A stretch of DNA of 24,000 bases from a bacterium (lineage in GTDB: Bacteria; Patescibacteriota; CPR2_A; CG2-30-33-46). Numbering within the stretch: position 1 is the stretch's first letter; every line of letters starts with the position of its first letter. The notes below the pieces were generated by a model that made no database searches, was not told the DNA's origin, and saw nothing but the letters and a program-made list of their open reading frames with translations. Of this stretch, positions 1 through 8,135 are shown in pieces. Location: NCBI GenBank assembly GCA_037442065.1, contig JBBIQZ010000001.1, forward strand, positions 15,943 through 39,942, written 5' to 3'. The position numbers and the translations under genes were made by a program.

Positions 1-2370
1 CTTCTAAGTATTAAAGAGGGTCTAGCTTTTGATATTTTAAGAAGTTTTGGTGTTAGTTTAGAGAAAGTTAACTCGATAATGGATTCGAATTTCCCAGTTT
101 TATCCGGAAAAGTTGGTTTATCTGTGGAAGCAAAAAAGGTTATCGAAAAATCTTTAGACATTGCCAAAAGATACGATCAGTTTTACGTTGGTACCGAGCA
201 CCTTCTTTTAGCTGTTTTAAAAGAAAGCATAGAAGTAAATACAATATTGGAGCGCTTGGGAGTTTTTCCTGAAGATATTAAAAAGCAGATAGAAAGTCTT
301 TTAGCTAATGATTTTTCTGAATCTTCTTTTTCGGATCTTTCTGTTTTTGGCGACGGCTTTGCTGGCAAAAAAAGAGAAGTTTCTTCTAAAAAAACTCCAT
401 CATTGGATAAATTTGGCAGTGATTTAACCGAAGAAGCAAAAGAAGGAAAACTAGATCCTATTATAGGACGCTTAAAAGAAATTCAAAGAGTCATTTCCAT
501 TTTAGGGCGAAGAATTAAAAATAATCCTATCCTTATCGGTGAGCCGGGCGTTGGAAAAACAGCAATTGTTGAGGGCTTGGCACAAAAAATCGTAAATGAA
601 GAAGTCCCCGAGACGCTTATCGGCAAAAGAGTCATAACTTTAGATCTGGCCGGAATGGTTGCCGGAACCAAATATCGAGGAGAGTTTGAAGAACGGCTTA
701 AAAAAGTTGTAAATGAAGTGAAAAAGAATAAAGATGTTATATTATTCATTGATGAATTTCATACTATTGTCGGTGCCGGCGCCGCTGAAGGGGCGATTGA
801 TGCCGCCAATATTTTAAAACCATCTTTATCCAAGGGGGAATTCCAGGTTATCGGCGCCACCACTTTAGGCGAATATCAAAAACACGTTGAAAAGGATCCG
901 GCCTTAGAGCGCAGATTTCAGCCGGTAGTGGTAAGGGAGCTTAATGTGCCGGAAACAATTTCTGTTTTAAAGGGGGTAAGGAAACTTTACGAAGACCATC
1001 ACAAAATTAAAATTACCGACGAGGCTTTAGAATCAGCCGCAAAATTATCTTATCGTTACATAACCGATCGTTTTCTTCCAGACAAGGCAATAGATTTAAT
1101 TGACGAGGCCGCTTCGAAATTAAGAGCAGAAAATGGCGATGTTCCTAAGAGTTTAAGATCAAAACAAAAACAGCTGGAAAAAATTCTTGAAGAAAAGGAA
1201 GAGGCGGTTATAAAGCAAGAATACGAGAGAGCAGCTCAGCTTAAAATTAAAGAAATGAGACTTAAGGAAGAGCTTAAGGAATTTGAGAAATCAAGAAGAT
1301 TAGAAACCGAAGGGGAATTAAGCATTAATGCCGAAGATATTGCTTCAGTAGTCTCTGGAATGACTGGGGTGCCAGTTACAAAACTGGTTAAAAAAGAAAC
1401 AGAAGCCCTTTTGGATTTAGAGAAACAATTGAAAAAGAAAATTATTGGCCAAGACGAAGCGGTTTTGGAAGTATCTAAATATATAAGAAGATCCAGAACC
1501 GGTATTTCCGATGTAAAAAGGCCCAATGGTTCGTTTATTTTCTTGGGCCCGACAGGGGTAGGAAAAACCGAATTAGCTAAAGTTTTAGCTTCTGAAATTT
1601 TTGATAACGAAGGGGCTTTAATTAAGTTAGATATGTCGGAATTCATGGAGAAGCACAATGTTTCCCGAATGATAGGTGCTCCGGCCGGCTATGTTGGTTA
1701 CGAGGAAGGCGGTAAATTAACCGAAGCAGTGCGCCACAATCCTTATTCTTTAATATTGTTAGACGAAATAGAAAAAGCTCATCCGGATATCTTTAATATT
1801 CTTTTGCAAATTTTAGAAGACGGCTTTTTAACAGATGCTAAAGGCCGCAAGGTTGATTTTAGAAATACTATTATCATAATGACCTCTAATATCGGTATGG
1901 AAAAGTTAACCAAACAAGCCGAACTAGGCTTTACAGCCGGAACTTTAGGAGAAAAAGAAAAGGCTAAAGAAAAATACGATTCGATGAGAAAGGATGTTTT
2001 AAAAGAACTTAAAGATAAATTTAGGCCGGAGTTTTTAAACCGAGTTGATAAGGTGATTGTTTTTAAGCCTTTAGATAAAGAAGCAGTTTTAAAAATCGCA
2101 GGACTTCAATTGCGGCAGTTTGCTGAACGGGTTGTAGAGCAAGGAATAAGTTTAAGGTTCGCTAAAAAAATAGAAGAATTTGTTGCCGAAAAGGGATACG
2201 ATCCGGAAAACGGAGCAAGGCCGATAAGAAGAACTATTCAAAACTTAATAGAAGATCCTTTAGCTGAAGGAATTCTTTTAGGAAAATTTAAAGAAGGCGA
2301 TTCGATAAAAATTGATTTAGAAAAAGGCAAAGTTAAATTTATAAAAGTTAAATCAATGGTGAGCAAGTAA
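1..2370 (+). CDS. clpC: ClpC-type Clp/Hsp100 AAA+ chaperone ATPase, 5'-partial (starts upstream of the window)
   Basis: Frame 1 is open from base 1. The residues before the track's ATG at 79 ([23 protein letters not shown]) look like the first Clp_N repeat, and the second repeat is [21 protein letters not shown]. Two Walker A loops are present ([16 protein letters not shown]). A UVR-like coiled middle region follows ([21 protein letters not shown]). There is a sensor/ClpB_D2-small-like C-terminus. Stop is TAA at 2368-2370. Confidence 0.9.
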   Translation, partial: LLSIKEGLAFDILRSFGVSLEKVNSIMDSNFPVLSGKVGLSVEAKKVIEKSLDIAKRYDQFYVGTEHLLLAVLKESIEVNTILERLGVFPEDIKKQIESLLANDFSESSFSDLSVFGDGFAGKKREVSSKKTPSLDKFGSDLTEEAKEGKLDPIIGRLKEIQRVISILGRRIKNNPILIGEPGVGKTAIVEGLAQKIVNEEVPETLIGKRVITLDLAGMVAGTKYRGEFEERLKKVVNEVKKNKDVILFIDEFHTIVGAGAAEGAIDAANILKPSLSKGEFQVIGATTLGEYQKHVEKDPALERRFQPVVVRELNVPETISVLKGVRKLYEDHHKIKITDEALESAAKLSYRYITDRFLPDKAIDLIDEAASKLRAENGDVPKSLRSKQKQLEKILEEKEEAVIKQEYERAAQLKIKEMRLKEELKEFEKSRRLETEGELSINAEDIASVVSGMTGVPVTKLVKKETEALLDLEKQLKKKIIGQDEAVLEVSKYIRRSRTGISDVKRPNGSFIFLGPTGVGKTELAKVLASEIFDNEGALIKLDMSEFMEKHNVSRMIGAPAGYVGYEEGGKLTEAVRHNPYSLILLDEIEKAHPDIFNILLQILEDGFLTDAKGRKVDFRNTIIIMTSNIGMEKLTKQAELGFTAGTLGEKEKAKEKYDSMRKDVLKELKDKFRPEFLNRVDKVIVFKPLDKEAVLKIAGLQLRQFAERVVEQGISLRFAKKIEEFVAEKGYDPENGARPIRRTIQNLIEDPLAEGILLGKFKEGDSIKIDLEKGKVKFIKVKSMVSK

Positions 2371-2389
2371 TAAATAAACGATAATAGAA

Positions 2390-2425
2390 AAGGCGGGCGC
2401 CTAAAAGGCGCCCGCCTTCTTTTTA
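2390..2425 (+). terminator. Rho-independent terminator after clpC
   Basis: Perfect 12-bp GC-rich stem aaggcgggcgcc / ggcgcccgcctt with loop taaaa, followed by cttttt. Confidence 0.85.
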
Positions 2426-2480
2426 AACTTTAATTTGCTTTTCACTTTAAAGTTTTAATTACTTTTAGTAATATAAAGTT

Positions 2481-3863
2481 ATGTCCAAAGTGGAAACTCA
2501 AATTTATGTTTGCGAGCAGTGTGGTAACGAACAAACCAAGTGGTCGGGGAAGTGTCCGGTCTGCGGGGCTTGGAATAGCTTAACCGAGGTAAAATTTCAT
2601 AAAACTAAAACCGGCAAAGAGGTTAAATTCACTGAAGGATCTTTAAAAGAGCTCTCCAAAATAAAAGAAGAGAACTTTTTTAGAATAAAAACCGGCATTC
2701 TAGAATTTGATAGAGTTATGGGCGGCAAAGAAAATCAAGGAATCGTTCAAGGTTCGGTTACTTTAATTTCCGGCGAGCCCGGGATTGGAAAATCAACTTT
2801 AATTTTACAGGTTTTAGGAACTCTTTCTAAAAAAGGTTTAACCTCGCTTTATCTTTCCGGCGAAGAATCTGGCGAGCAAATAAAATTAAGAGCCGATCGA
2901 TTAGGGATATCAACTGAAAATATTTTTTTACTAAACGAAACCGATGTTTTGTTAATGGATAAAGTCTTAGCCAAAGAAAAAATTGATCTTTTGGTTGTTG
3001 ACTCTATTCAAACCGTAGAAAACTCTAATTTTGAGAATAGCGCCGGGTCGGTAACCCAGATTAAAGAATCGGCAGCCCATTTAATAAAGATCGCTAAAAG
3101 TAAAAATATCCCGCTTTTTATTGTTGGTCATATTACTAAAGAAGGTTCTATTGCCGGCCCCAAAATTTTAGAACATTTGGTAGACACGGTTTTGTATTTT
3201 GAAGGAGAAAGATTCCATACTTTTAGAATTTTGCGGGTAATGAAAAATCGCTTTGGAGCGGTTTCGGAGGTAGGGATTTTTGAAATGTCTGATCAAGGCC
3301 TTTTAGAAATTAAAAATCCCTCGGAGGTTTTTTTATCAAAAAAATCCCAAAAAGAAGGTTCGGCTGTTGCTGTAACTTTAGAAGGAACACGGCCAATTTT
3401 AGCTGAAGTGCAAACCCTAATTACCAAAACCAGTTTTGGTTATCCTAAAAGAACAGCGGGAGGTTACGATTTAAACCGTTTGCAGATTTTAATTGCCGTT
3501 TTAAGCCGAGCTTTGCGAATACCTTTAGGAAATTTAGATGTTTATTTAAATATTGCCGGCGGCTTAAAAATAAAGGAACCGGCTTTGGATTTGGCGGTTT
3601 GCCTATCTATTATTTCTTCATATCGAAAAATTAAACTTAAAGAAAGCTTGGCGGTTTTTGGCGAAGTTGGGCTCTTGGGGGAAATTAGAAATGTTTCTAA
3701 AGCAAAGGAAAGGTTAAAAGAAGTAGAAAAGCTAGGTTTTAAAAATGCTGTTGTTCCTTCGGGAGTGGATTTTAGCTCAAAAAGCTTAAAAGTTATAAAA
3801 GTTTCTAATTTAGAAGAAGCTTTAAAATACGCTTTATCCAGCACTAATTTTAGATCTTTTTAA
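2481..3863 (+). CDS. radA: DNA repair protein RadA/Sms
   Basis: N-terminal C4 zinc ribbon (CEQCG...CPVCG), Walker A GEPGIGKST, RadA-specific KNRFG motif, and a C-terminal Lon-protease-like domain (GEVGLLGEIR). Confidence 0.93.
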   Translation: MSKVETQIYVCEQCGNEQTKWSGKCPVCGAWNSLTEVKFHKTKTGKEVKFTEGSLKELSKIKEENFFRIKTGILEFDRVMGGKENQGIVQGSVTLISGEPGIGKSTLILQVLGTLSKKGLTSLYLSGEESGEQIKLRADRLGISTENIFLLNETDVLLMDKVLAKEKIDLLVVDSIQTVENSNFENSAGSVTQIKESAAHLIKIAKSKNIPLFIVGHITKEGSIAGPKILEHLVDTVLYFEGERFHTFRILRVMKNRFGAVSEVGIFEMSDQGLLEIKNPSEVFLSKKSQKEGSAVAVTLEGTRPILAEVQTLITKTSFGYPKRTAGGYDLNRLQILIAVLSRALRIPLGNLDVYLNIAGGLKIKEPALDLAVCLSIISSYRKIKLKESLAVFGEVGLLGEIRNVSKAKERLKEVEKLGFKNAVVPSGVDFSSKSLKVIKVSNLEEALKYALSSTNFRSF

Positions 3864-3972
3864 GTGAAATTGATTAATATCTTTTCTAAAAATTAGCGCT
3901 GGGTTTAGGAAATTAGGGTCTTTCCTAAAATTCTAAAAAGAGTTATTATTAGAACTTAAAAACTTTTATTTT

Positions 3973-4926
3973 ATGGATTTATTATTTTTTATTATCATTT
4001 TAATAATCGTCCTAGTTGTGTTTTTTGTAACTTTTAGGCTTCTAAAAGTTCCTTTCAGGAGAATCATTATCGGCTCTCTGGGTTTAATTATAGGGCTTTT
4101 GGTCTCTGTTCTTTTGAATACGGCAGTTTCTAGGATTCCCGGCATCTTTGGCCAATTCTTGCCGGTGGTTATTTCCTTTTTGTTTGGTATTGCCGGAGTT
4201 TATATTTTTATCGCTCAAGAAGAAATTATTTCGCAGTTTTTTAGAGGGATCTTAAAAGAAATAAAATTATTAAGAGCGATCCCGCAAGAAATAAAGGAAA
4301 AAAGAAAGATTTCCAATATTCCGGAGCTGATTGTAGATACCAGTGTCATTATTGACGGCCGCTTAGAAGATATTTTAAAAACAGGTTTTATTTTAGGCAA
4401 TTTAGTTGTTCCCAAAGCCGTTATAGACGAGCTTCATAAAATATCAGATTCCAAAGATTCTTTAAAGAGGAGCCGTGGGAGAAGAGGATTGGAGATTTTG
4501 GACAGGATTCAAAAAATGAGGGAAGTAAATTTGGAAATTTTAGAGGATGAGTTTCCAGAAGTAAAAGGAGTAGATCAAAAGTTAGTAAAAATTGCTAAAG
4601 CCAAAAAGGCGTACATTTTAACAGTGGATTATAATTTAAATAAAGTAGCCCAAATACAAAAAGTTTTAGTTCTAAATATTAACGAATTGGCTAATGCTTT
4701 ACGAGCCGTGGTTTTGCCTGGAGAAATGTTAGAGATAAAAATTGTTCAAGAAGGGAAAGAAAAAGGACAAGGGATCGGTTATTTTCCCGATGGGACAATG
4801 GTTGTTATTGAAGGAGGCGAAAAATTAATCGGCAAGACAGTTGATGCCGAAGTTTCAAGAATTTTTCAAACAGTTGCCGGCCGAATGATTTTTGCCGAAC
4901 CAAAAGAAGTAAAAGGTAGAGGCTAA
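3973..4926 (+). CDS. Membrane-anchored PIN/TRAM domain protein (YacL-like)
   Basis: N-terminal hydrophobic helices, a PIN-like core (LIVDTSVIIDGR...VPKAVIDEL), and a C-terminal TRAM-like beta domain (GKTVDAEVSRIFQTVAGRMIFAEP). The clpC-radA-yacL order matches Firmicutes synteny. Confidence 0.8.
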   Translation: MDLLFFIIILIIVLVVFFVTFRLLKVPFRRIIIGSLGLIIGLLVSVLLNTAVSRIPGIFGQFLPVVISFLFGIAGVYIFIAQEEIISQFFRGILKEIKLLRAIPQEIKEKRKISNIPELIVDTSVIIDGRLEDILKTGFILGNLVVPKAVIDELHKISDSKDSLKRSRGRRGLEILDRIQKMREVNLEILEDEFPEVKGVDQKLVKIAKAKKAYILTVDYNLNKVAQIQKVLVLNINELANALRAVVLPGEMLEIKIVQEGKEKGQGIGYFPDGTMVVIEGGEKLIGKTVDAEVSRIFQTVAGRMIFAEPKEVKGRG

Positions 4927-5060
4927 ATATTCGGCCAGAAAACACGCTATCAATTTTCCCAGCGAGAAAATGCGCTTGTTACTCGGCCTCGCTCTTCGCC
5001 TACGGCGAAACCATGCCCGCTCGGCCTGCTGCGACGGTTTTCTTGGCCAAATATTTAGCC
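4921..5060. other. GC-rich ~140-nt element bounded by a ~23-nt imperfect inverted repeat (structured RNA or MITE-like element)
   Basis: ggctaaatattcggccagaaaac (4921-4943) is complementary to gttttcttggccaaatatttagcc (5037-5060) with one mismatch and one bulge. The interior is conspicuously GC-rich against an AT-rich background. It contains the hairpin ttcgcc-tac-ggcgaa (4995-5009) and a repeated ctcggcc motif. The left arm overlaps the stop codon of the PIN/TRAM gene. Confidence 0.4.
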
Positions 5061-5105
5061 TAGAATAAAAAAAATGAAGAGGAAATAAAAGAAAGATTTT
5101 CCAAA

Positions 5106-5705
5106 ATGAATAATAATAAAATGTCTTTTCAAAAGAGAATAAGAAGCAAACGGTTAAGGCGAGAATTTTTTAACCGAGCTACTATAAAAGTAGCTAAAGA
5201 ACTTTTGGGTAAATATATTGTAAGGGTTATGGGCGGCAAAAAAATAATCGGCAAAATTGTGGAAACAGAGGCATATGTTGGGGTTGATGATTTGGCTTGT
5301 CATGCATCCTGCGGGAGGACTCCAAGAACCGAAACATTATTTGGTTTGCCGGGGATCGCCTACATATATTTAATCTATGGAATGTACTATTGTTTTAATG
5401 TTGTTACCGAAAAAAAAGAATTTCCGGCGGCAGTTTTAATAAGAGCCGTAGAGCCAAGATTAAGAATTAAAGAAAAGTTAGCATCCGGTCCCGGGAAATT
5501 ATGCCAATATTTTAAAATTGATAAGTCGCTAAACGCTGAAGATTTAACGGTTTCAAAAGAATTATGGATAGAAGATCAGGGAGAAAAAGTTAAGCCCGGG
5601 CAAATCATTTTCAAAGAAAGAGTTGGCGTAGATTATGCCAAACATTGCGCAAATTACCCTTGGCGATTTTATCTAAAAGATAATATTTTCGTGTCAAAGA
5701 AATAA
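5106..5705 (+). CDS. mpg: 3-methyladenine DNA glycosylase (Mpg/AAG family)
   Basis: Family-typical FF.R....VAKELLGK, GKIVETEAY, GRTPRTE.LFG.PG.AYIYLIYGMYYCFNVV and AVLIRA.EP motifs. The start could instead be the second ATG at 5121. Confidence 0.85.
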   Translation: MNNNKMSFQKRIRSKRLRREFFNRATIKVAKELLGKYIVRVMGGKKIIGKIVETEAYVGVDDLACHASCGRTPRTETLFGLPGIAYIYLIYGMYYCFNVVTEKKEFPAAVLIRAVEPRLRIKEKLASGPGKLCQYFKIDKSLNAEDLTVSKELWIEDQGEKVKPGQIIFKERVGVDYAKHCANYPWRFYLKDNIFVSKK

Positions 5706-5710
5706 TACTC

Positions 5711-5739
5711 TTGTTTTGGTTCTCTTTTTTTGTTATAAT
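5711..5739 (+). promoter_or_regulatory. Sigma70-like promoter for the crp-family gene (extended -10)
   Basis: ttgttt (5711-5716), a 17-nt spacer ending in tgt, then tataat (5734-5739), i.e. TGnTATAAT. The SD aagaaaggggg lies before the ATG at 5766. Confidence 0.55.
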
Positions 5740-5765
5740 GTGAGGTCTTTAAGAAAGGGGGCTTT

Positions 5766-6449
5766 ATGTCAGAAAATATTTGCATAGAATGCATCAATAT
5801 ATTCAAAGATATCACCGAAGAAGAAAAACGCAAAATAGTTTCTCATTTTAGGAAGAAAAAATACAATAAAGGTGAAATGATCTTTACTCCTTATGAAGAT
5901 TTTGAAAATCTTTGTATGATCTACAAAGGCGAAGTTTTAATTTATCAGATATCTGCCGAAGGTAAAAAGATAATCATAGATATTCTAAAAGACGGCGATA
6001 TGCTATCAAATTTTTCTTTATACTTTGATTCCTCGGTTAAAGTTACTGATTTCGCCGAAGCAATTACCAATTCGGAAATATATATAATAAGTAAGGAAGA
6101 ATTTTTGGATATAATTTCCGAATATCCCAATGTAGCCTTAGGAGTTATTAAAGAATTAGGGCGAAAATTAAATGAAGCCGATTCTAAGATAAGAGATCTA
6201 GCCTTAAACAATGCTACCATAAGGGCAATAAATGAGCTCTTAAGGCTTAGTAAAAAATTAGGGATTGAAACCCAAAAAGGAATTAAAATAGATACCCATT
6301 TAACTCACGAAGAGTTTGCTCATATGATTGGAACTTCCAGGGAAACCGCCACCAAGGTTTTGCGAAAACTTTTAGGCTTATCCTTTATTGAATTATCCAA
6401 AGATAAACGCATCATTATTAATTCGGAGAAAATAAAAGAGCCAATTTAG
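5766..6449 (+). CDS. Crp/Fnr-family transcriptional regulator
   Basis: N-terminal cNMP-binding-type beta-barrel (GEMIFTPYE...IYKGEV), a dimerisation helix, and a C-terminal HTH with recognition helix GTSRETATKVLRKL (compare E. coli CRP GCSRETVGRILKML). An N-terminal CIEC pair is present. Confidence 0.85.
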   Translation: MSENICIECINIFKDITEEEKRKIVSHFRKKKYNKGEMIFTPYEDFENLCMIYKGEVLIYQISAEGKKIIIDILKDGDMLSNFSLYFDSSVKVTDFAEAITNSEIYIISKEEFLDIISEYPNVALGVIKELGRKLNEADSKIRDLALNNATIRAINELLRLSKKLGIETQKGIKIDTHLTHEEFAHMIGTSRETATKVLRKLLGLSFIELSKDKRIIINSEKIKEPI

Positions 6450-6494
6450 AGACCGTTTTTACTTTTAGCTCTTTTTATGAAATCCCCAAATTAA

Positions 6495-6510
6495 AGTGAT
6501 CTAGGTCACA
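6495..6510. promoter_or_regulatory. CRP-type palindromic operator (aGTGA-N6-TCACA)
   Basis: agtgatctaggtcaca matches 14 of 16 positions of the symmetric CRP consensus TGTGATCTAGATCACA. It lies 46 nt after the stop codon of the crp-family gene. Confidence 0.6.
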
Positions 6511-6528
6511 GACACGAATTTTTAAAAG

Positions 6529-6537
6529 TGTAAAAAT
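6529..6537 (+). promoter_or_regulatory. Putative extended -10 (TGtAAAAAT) positioned for class II activation from the CRP-type site
   Basis: tg at 6529-6530 and aaaaat at 6532-6537. The centre of the palindrome (6502/6503) would sit at about -41.5 relative to a start near 6544. There is no recognisable -35, as is typical for activator-dependent promoters. Confidence 0.4.
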
Positions 6538-6543
6538 GAGTGT

Positions 6544-6717
6544 GGAATTAGATCAGATGTGGAAGCTCTCGGTCATTTAAATTAAAAATAAAATAAAAAG
6601 TTGATTTCGCTATTTAGGTTGAGGCTTAAATAGGGATCACAAAATATTTGCAAAGGATTTGAGATTCTTCTACAAACTCTAATTCTACCTAGCCCTTATA
6701 CAAGGGCTAGGTTTTTG
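6544..6717 (+). ncRNA. Candidate ~170-nt small RNA (approximate 5' end, terminator-defined 3' end)
   Basis: The region has no ORF longer than 7 codons downstream of the putative start near 6544. It has an internal hairpin (ctattta/taaatag around 6611-6636). It ends in a strong + strand-specific intrinsic terminator with no + strand gene to terminate. Confidence 0.35.
6688..6717 (+). terminator. Rho-independent terminator, + strand orientation
   Basis: 10-bp stem cctagccctt / aagggctagg, loop atac, then ttttt (6712-6716). On the minus strand the hairpin is followed by tagaatt (no U tract), so it is unidirectional. It abuts the stop codon of the convergent minus-strand gene. Confidence 0.75.
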
Positions 6718-7314
6718 TTACATTTGACTTGCCAAAAACTTAACATGGTTTACATATTTGCTGCTATGATTATAGCGAAATAGAGCAAAATCGATACTGC
6801 CTCCCTGGGCTTTATTAACTGCAAGGTAATTTGCGGCAGTAAATATGGAGTCGTAAACACTATTAATTCTTGCTTGGCCGTCACCGTCACCATCTATAGC
6901 ATAAGCTCTAAACGTGCTGGGAATAAACTGCATTGGGCCAGTAGCTCCGCGATTGCTTTGTTTGGAAGTATCGCCACTTTGGCCGGTTTCTACTTTATGA
7001 ATAGCCGCTAAGACTTGCCAATCTATTCCATATTTTTGTCCAGCCGCCTTATAGATTTTAATAAAATCGCCCTTATAACCAATTTCTGTTTTAACTTGAG
7101 GAACTGGGGGTGCTGGAATTTCTAAAGGAGTAGGTTGCGCCAATACCCGAGGCTTAAGATGAGGCAGCTTTTCTCCTTCTAATTTTTTTATTTGCTCTTT
7201 TTGCGTGTTGCTTAACAAAGGTATATCAAATCTTTGTGTTTGAGCCTCTGCTTTGTTTATCATGCTTGTTAAAATGAACATGCTTACAAAGGCTAAAATT
7301 CTAAATTTACTCAT
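6718..7314 (-). CDS. Secreted lytic transglycosylase (MltB/SLT_2-like domain)
   Basis: N-terminal signal peptide (MSKFRILAFVSMFILTSMINKAEA), catalytic-Glu context AIHKVETG, then GATGPMQFIPSTFRAYA, DGDGDG and SIFTAANYL motifs. Confidence 0.75.
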   Translation of the reverse strand: MSKFRILAFVSMFILTSMINKAEAQTQRFDIPLLSNTQKEQIKKLEGEKLPHLKPRVLAQPTPLEIPAPPVPQVKTEIGYKGDFIKIYKAAGQKYGIDWQVLAAIHKVETGQSGDTSKQSNRGATGPMQFIPSTFRAYAIDGDGDGQARINSVYDSIFTAANYLAVNKAQGGSIDFALFRYNHSSKYVNHVKFLASQM

Positions 7315-7368
7315 TTAATTTTATCTCCTGCTTTAGGCAGGCTTTCTCCTTTCTGGGGATTTTTCCCC

Positions 7369-7403
7369 AAAAAATAAAAATAGGCATTAATTTATGCCTA
7401 TTT
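7369..7403 (-). terminator. Intrinsic-terminator-like hairpin inside the 5' leader of the lytic transglycosylase gene
   Basis: Read on the minus strand: aaataggcat-aaatta-atgcctattt followed by ttattttttgggg. It lies between the minus-strand promoter (7416-7444) and the ATG at 7314. Confidence 0.5.
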
Positions 7404-7415
7404 CGTAAAGGGGGT

Positions 7416-7444
7416 AGTATAGCAAACATTTGTATTTTTGTCAA
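7416..7444 (-). promoter_or_regulatory. Sigma70-like promoter for the lytic transglycosylase gene
   Basis: Read on the minus strand: TTGACA (7444-7439), an exactly 17-nt spacer, then TATACT (7421-7416). Confidence 0.6.
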
Positions 7445-7535
7445 TACTTTTATAATTTGGTAATATTTTTAGTAGATTTAGGTTAAAATTGCATTTAAAG
7501 CTTTTTTTCTTTGTTGTTAAAATAAAAAAAAGATT

Positions 7536-7988
7536 ATGGAAGATATTTTTTGTAAAATTGTAAAAGGAGAAATTGAGTCAGTTAAAATTTGGGAAGATCA
7601 AGATTTTTTAGCAATTTTAGATGTTTTTCCGAACACAGAGGGCATGACTTTAGTTTTAACAAAGAAGCATTTTGATTCCGACGTTGTTTTGATGCCTGAT
7701 CTAATTTTCCAAAAATTTATGTTGGCCGCTAAAAAAGTGGCTAAAATTTTAAAAAAAGGGCTAGATGTTAAAAGAGTTGCTATAGTTGCAGAAGGTATGG
7801 GAGTAAACCATGCGCATATAAAGCTTTATCCTTTGCATGGCTTAGAGGAAGAATTTAAGGAAATTGTGCCGAAGAAAAAAATATTTTTTAAAAGATACGA
7901 AGGGTATCTTTCAACTCGTCTTGGCCCCCCCGCTGATATTTCAAAGCTTAAGAAACTGGCTTTAGATATAAAGAGAAAATCTCGTTAA
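7536..7988 (+). CDS. HIT-family nucleotide hydrolase/transferase-like protein
   Basis: N-terminal CKIVKGEI..VKIWEDQDFLAILDVFPNTEGMTLVLTKKH and a histidine-triad region GVNHAHIKLYP. The third His is replaced by Lys. Confidence 0.72.
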   Translation: MEDIFCKIVKGEIESVKIWEDQDFLAILDVFPNTEGMTLVLTKKHFDSDVVLMPDLIFQKFMLAAKKVAKILKKGLDVKRVAIVAEGMGVNHAHIKLYPLHGLEEEFKEIVPKKKIFFKRYEGYLSTRLGPPADISKLKKLALDIKRKSR

Positions 7989-8106
7989 ACGCAAAAGTCA
8001 TTTGATTCTTTTTGGTTTGACAAGTATATCCCGTAATATCCTAATTAAAGCCTGAAACCTGAGCGTAGATTCTTCTCAAAATTATCCATAATTTATAGTT
8101 AGTATG

Positions 8107-8135
8107 TTGATCTATGGGATTATACGGGGTATACT
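8107..8135 (+). promoter_or_regulatory. Sigma70-like promoter for rpsU-yqeY
   Basis: ttgatc (8107-8112), a 17-nt spacer, then tatact (8130-8135), about 60 nt upstream of the rpsU start codon. Confidence 0.5.

Noticed and set aside
1236-1658. 140-aa minus-strand ORF inside clpC, together with the other minus-strand track ORFs nested in + strand genes: 183-368, 483-749, 3542-3844, 4215-4415, 5945-6220, 8357-8572, 10896-11165, 11696-11926, 12419-12655, 13077-13268, 13440-13670, 13707-13907, 13942-14124, 14505-14696, 15120-15308, 16912-17094, 17232-17459.
   Set aside because: Each lies wholly or mostly antisense to a strongly supported conserved gene; the 13077-13268 ORF is the main exception, as part of it lies in the ftsA-ftsZ spacer. 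Their translations are low-complexity (S/F/L/I/K-rich) with no recognisable motifs, SD or promoter. They are shadow ORFs.
3904-3929. Hairpin tttaggaaa-N8-tttcctaaa after radA, considered as a terminator.
   Set aside because: The 9-bp stem is mostly A/T and has no following U tract. It is noted as an inverted repeat only.
4958-4972. ccagcgagaaaa inside the GC-rich element resembles the CCAGCG(U)AGGGA segment of TPP riboswitches.
   Set aside because: The element has no CUGAGA element, no matching P1-P3 architecture, and the downstream gene is a DNA glycosylase. The resemblance is coincidental.
4970-5068. 32-codon ORF (MRLLLGLALRLRRNHARSACCDGFLGQIFSLE) within the GC-rich inverted-repeat element.
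   Set aside because: There is no convincing SD. The composition simply reflects the GC-rich hairpin arms, and the ORF runs through the closing stem. It is more likely non-coding, though not excluded.
6536-6580. Tiny ORFs in the candidate sRNA region: a 14-codon ORF, MSVELDQMWKLSVI, starting at ATG 6536, and a 7-codon ORF, MWKLSVI, nested in it from an internal ATG in the same frame.
   Set aside because: Neither has an SD. The ATG at 6536 overlaps the putative -10. They are too short to support without conservation data.
6622-6640. Second possible CRP half-site (gatcaca) about 130 nt downstream of the main palindrome.
   Set aside because: Only the right half matches. The left half (ttaaa) shares 2 of 5 positions with TGTGA.
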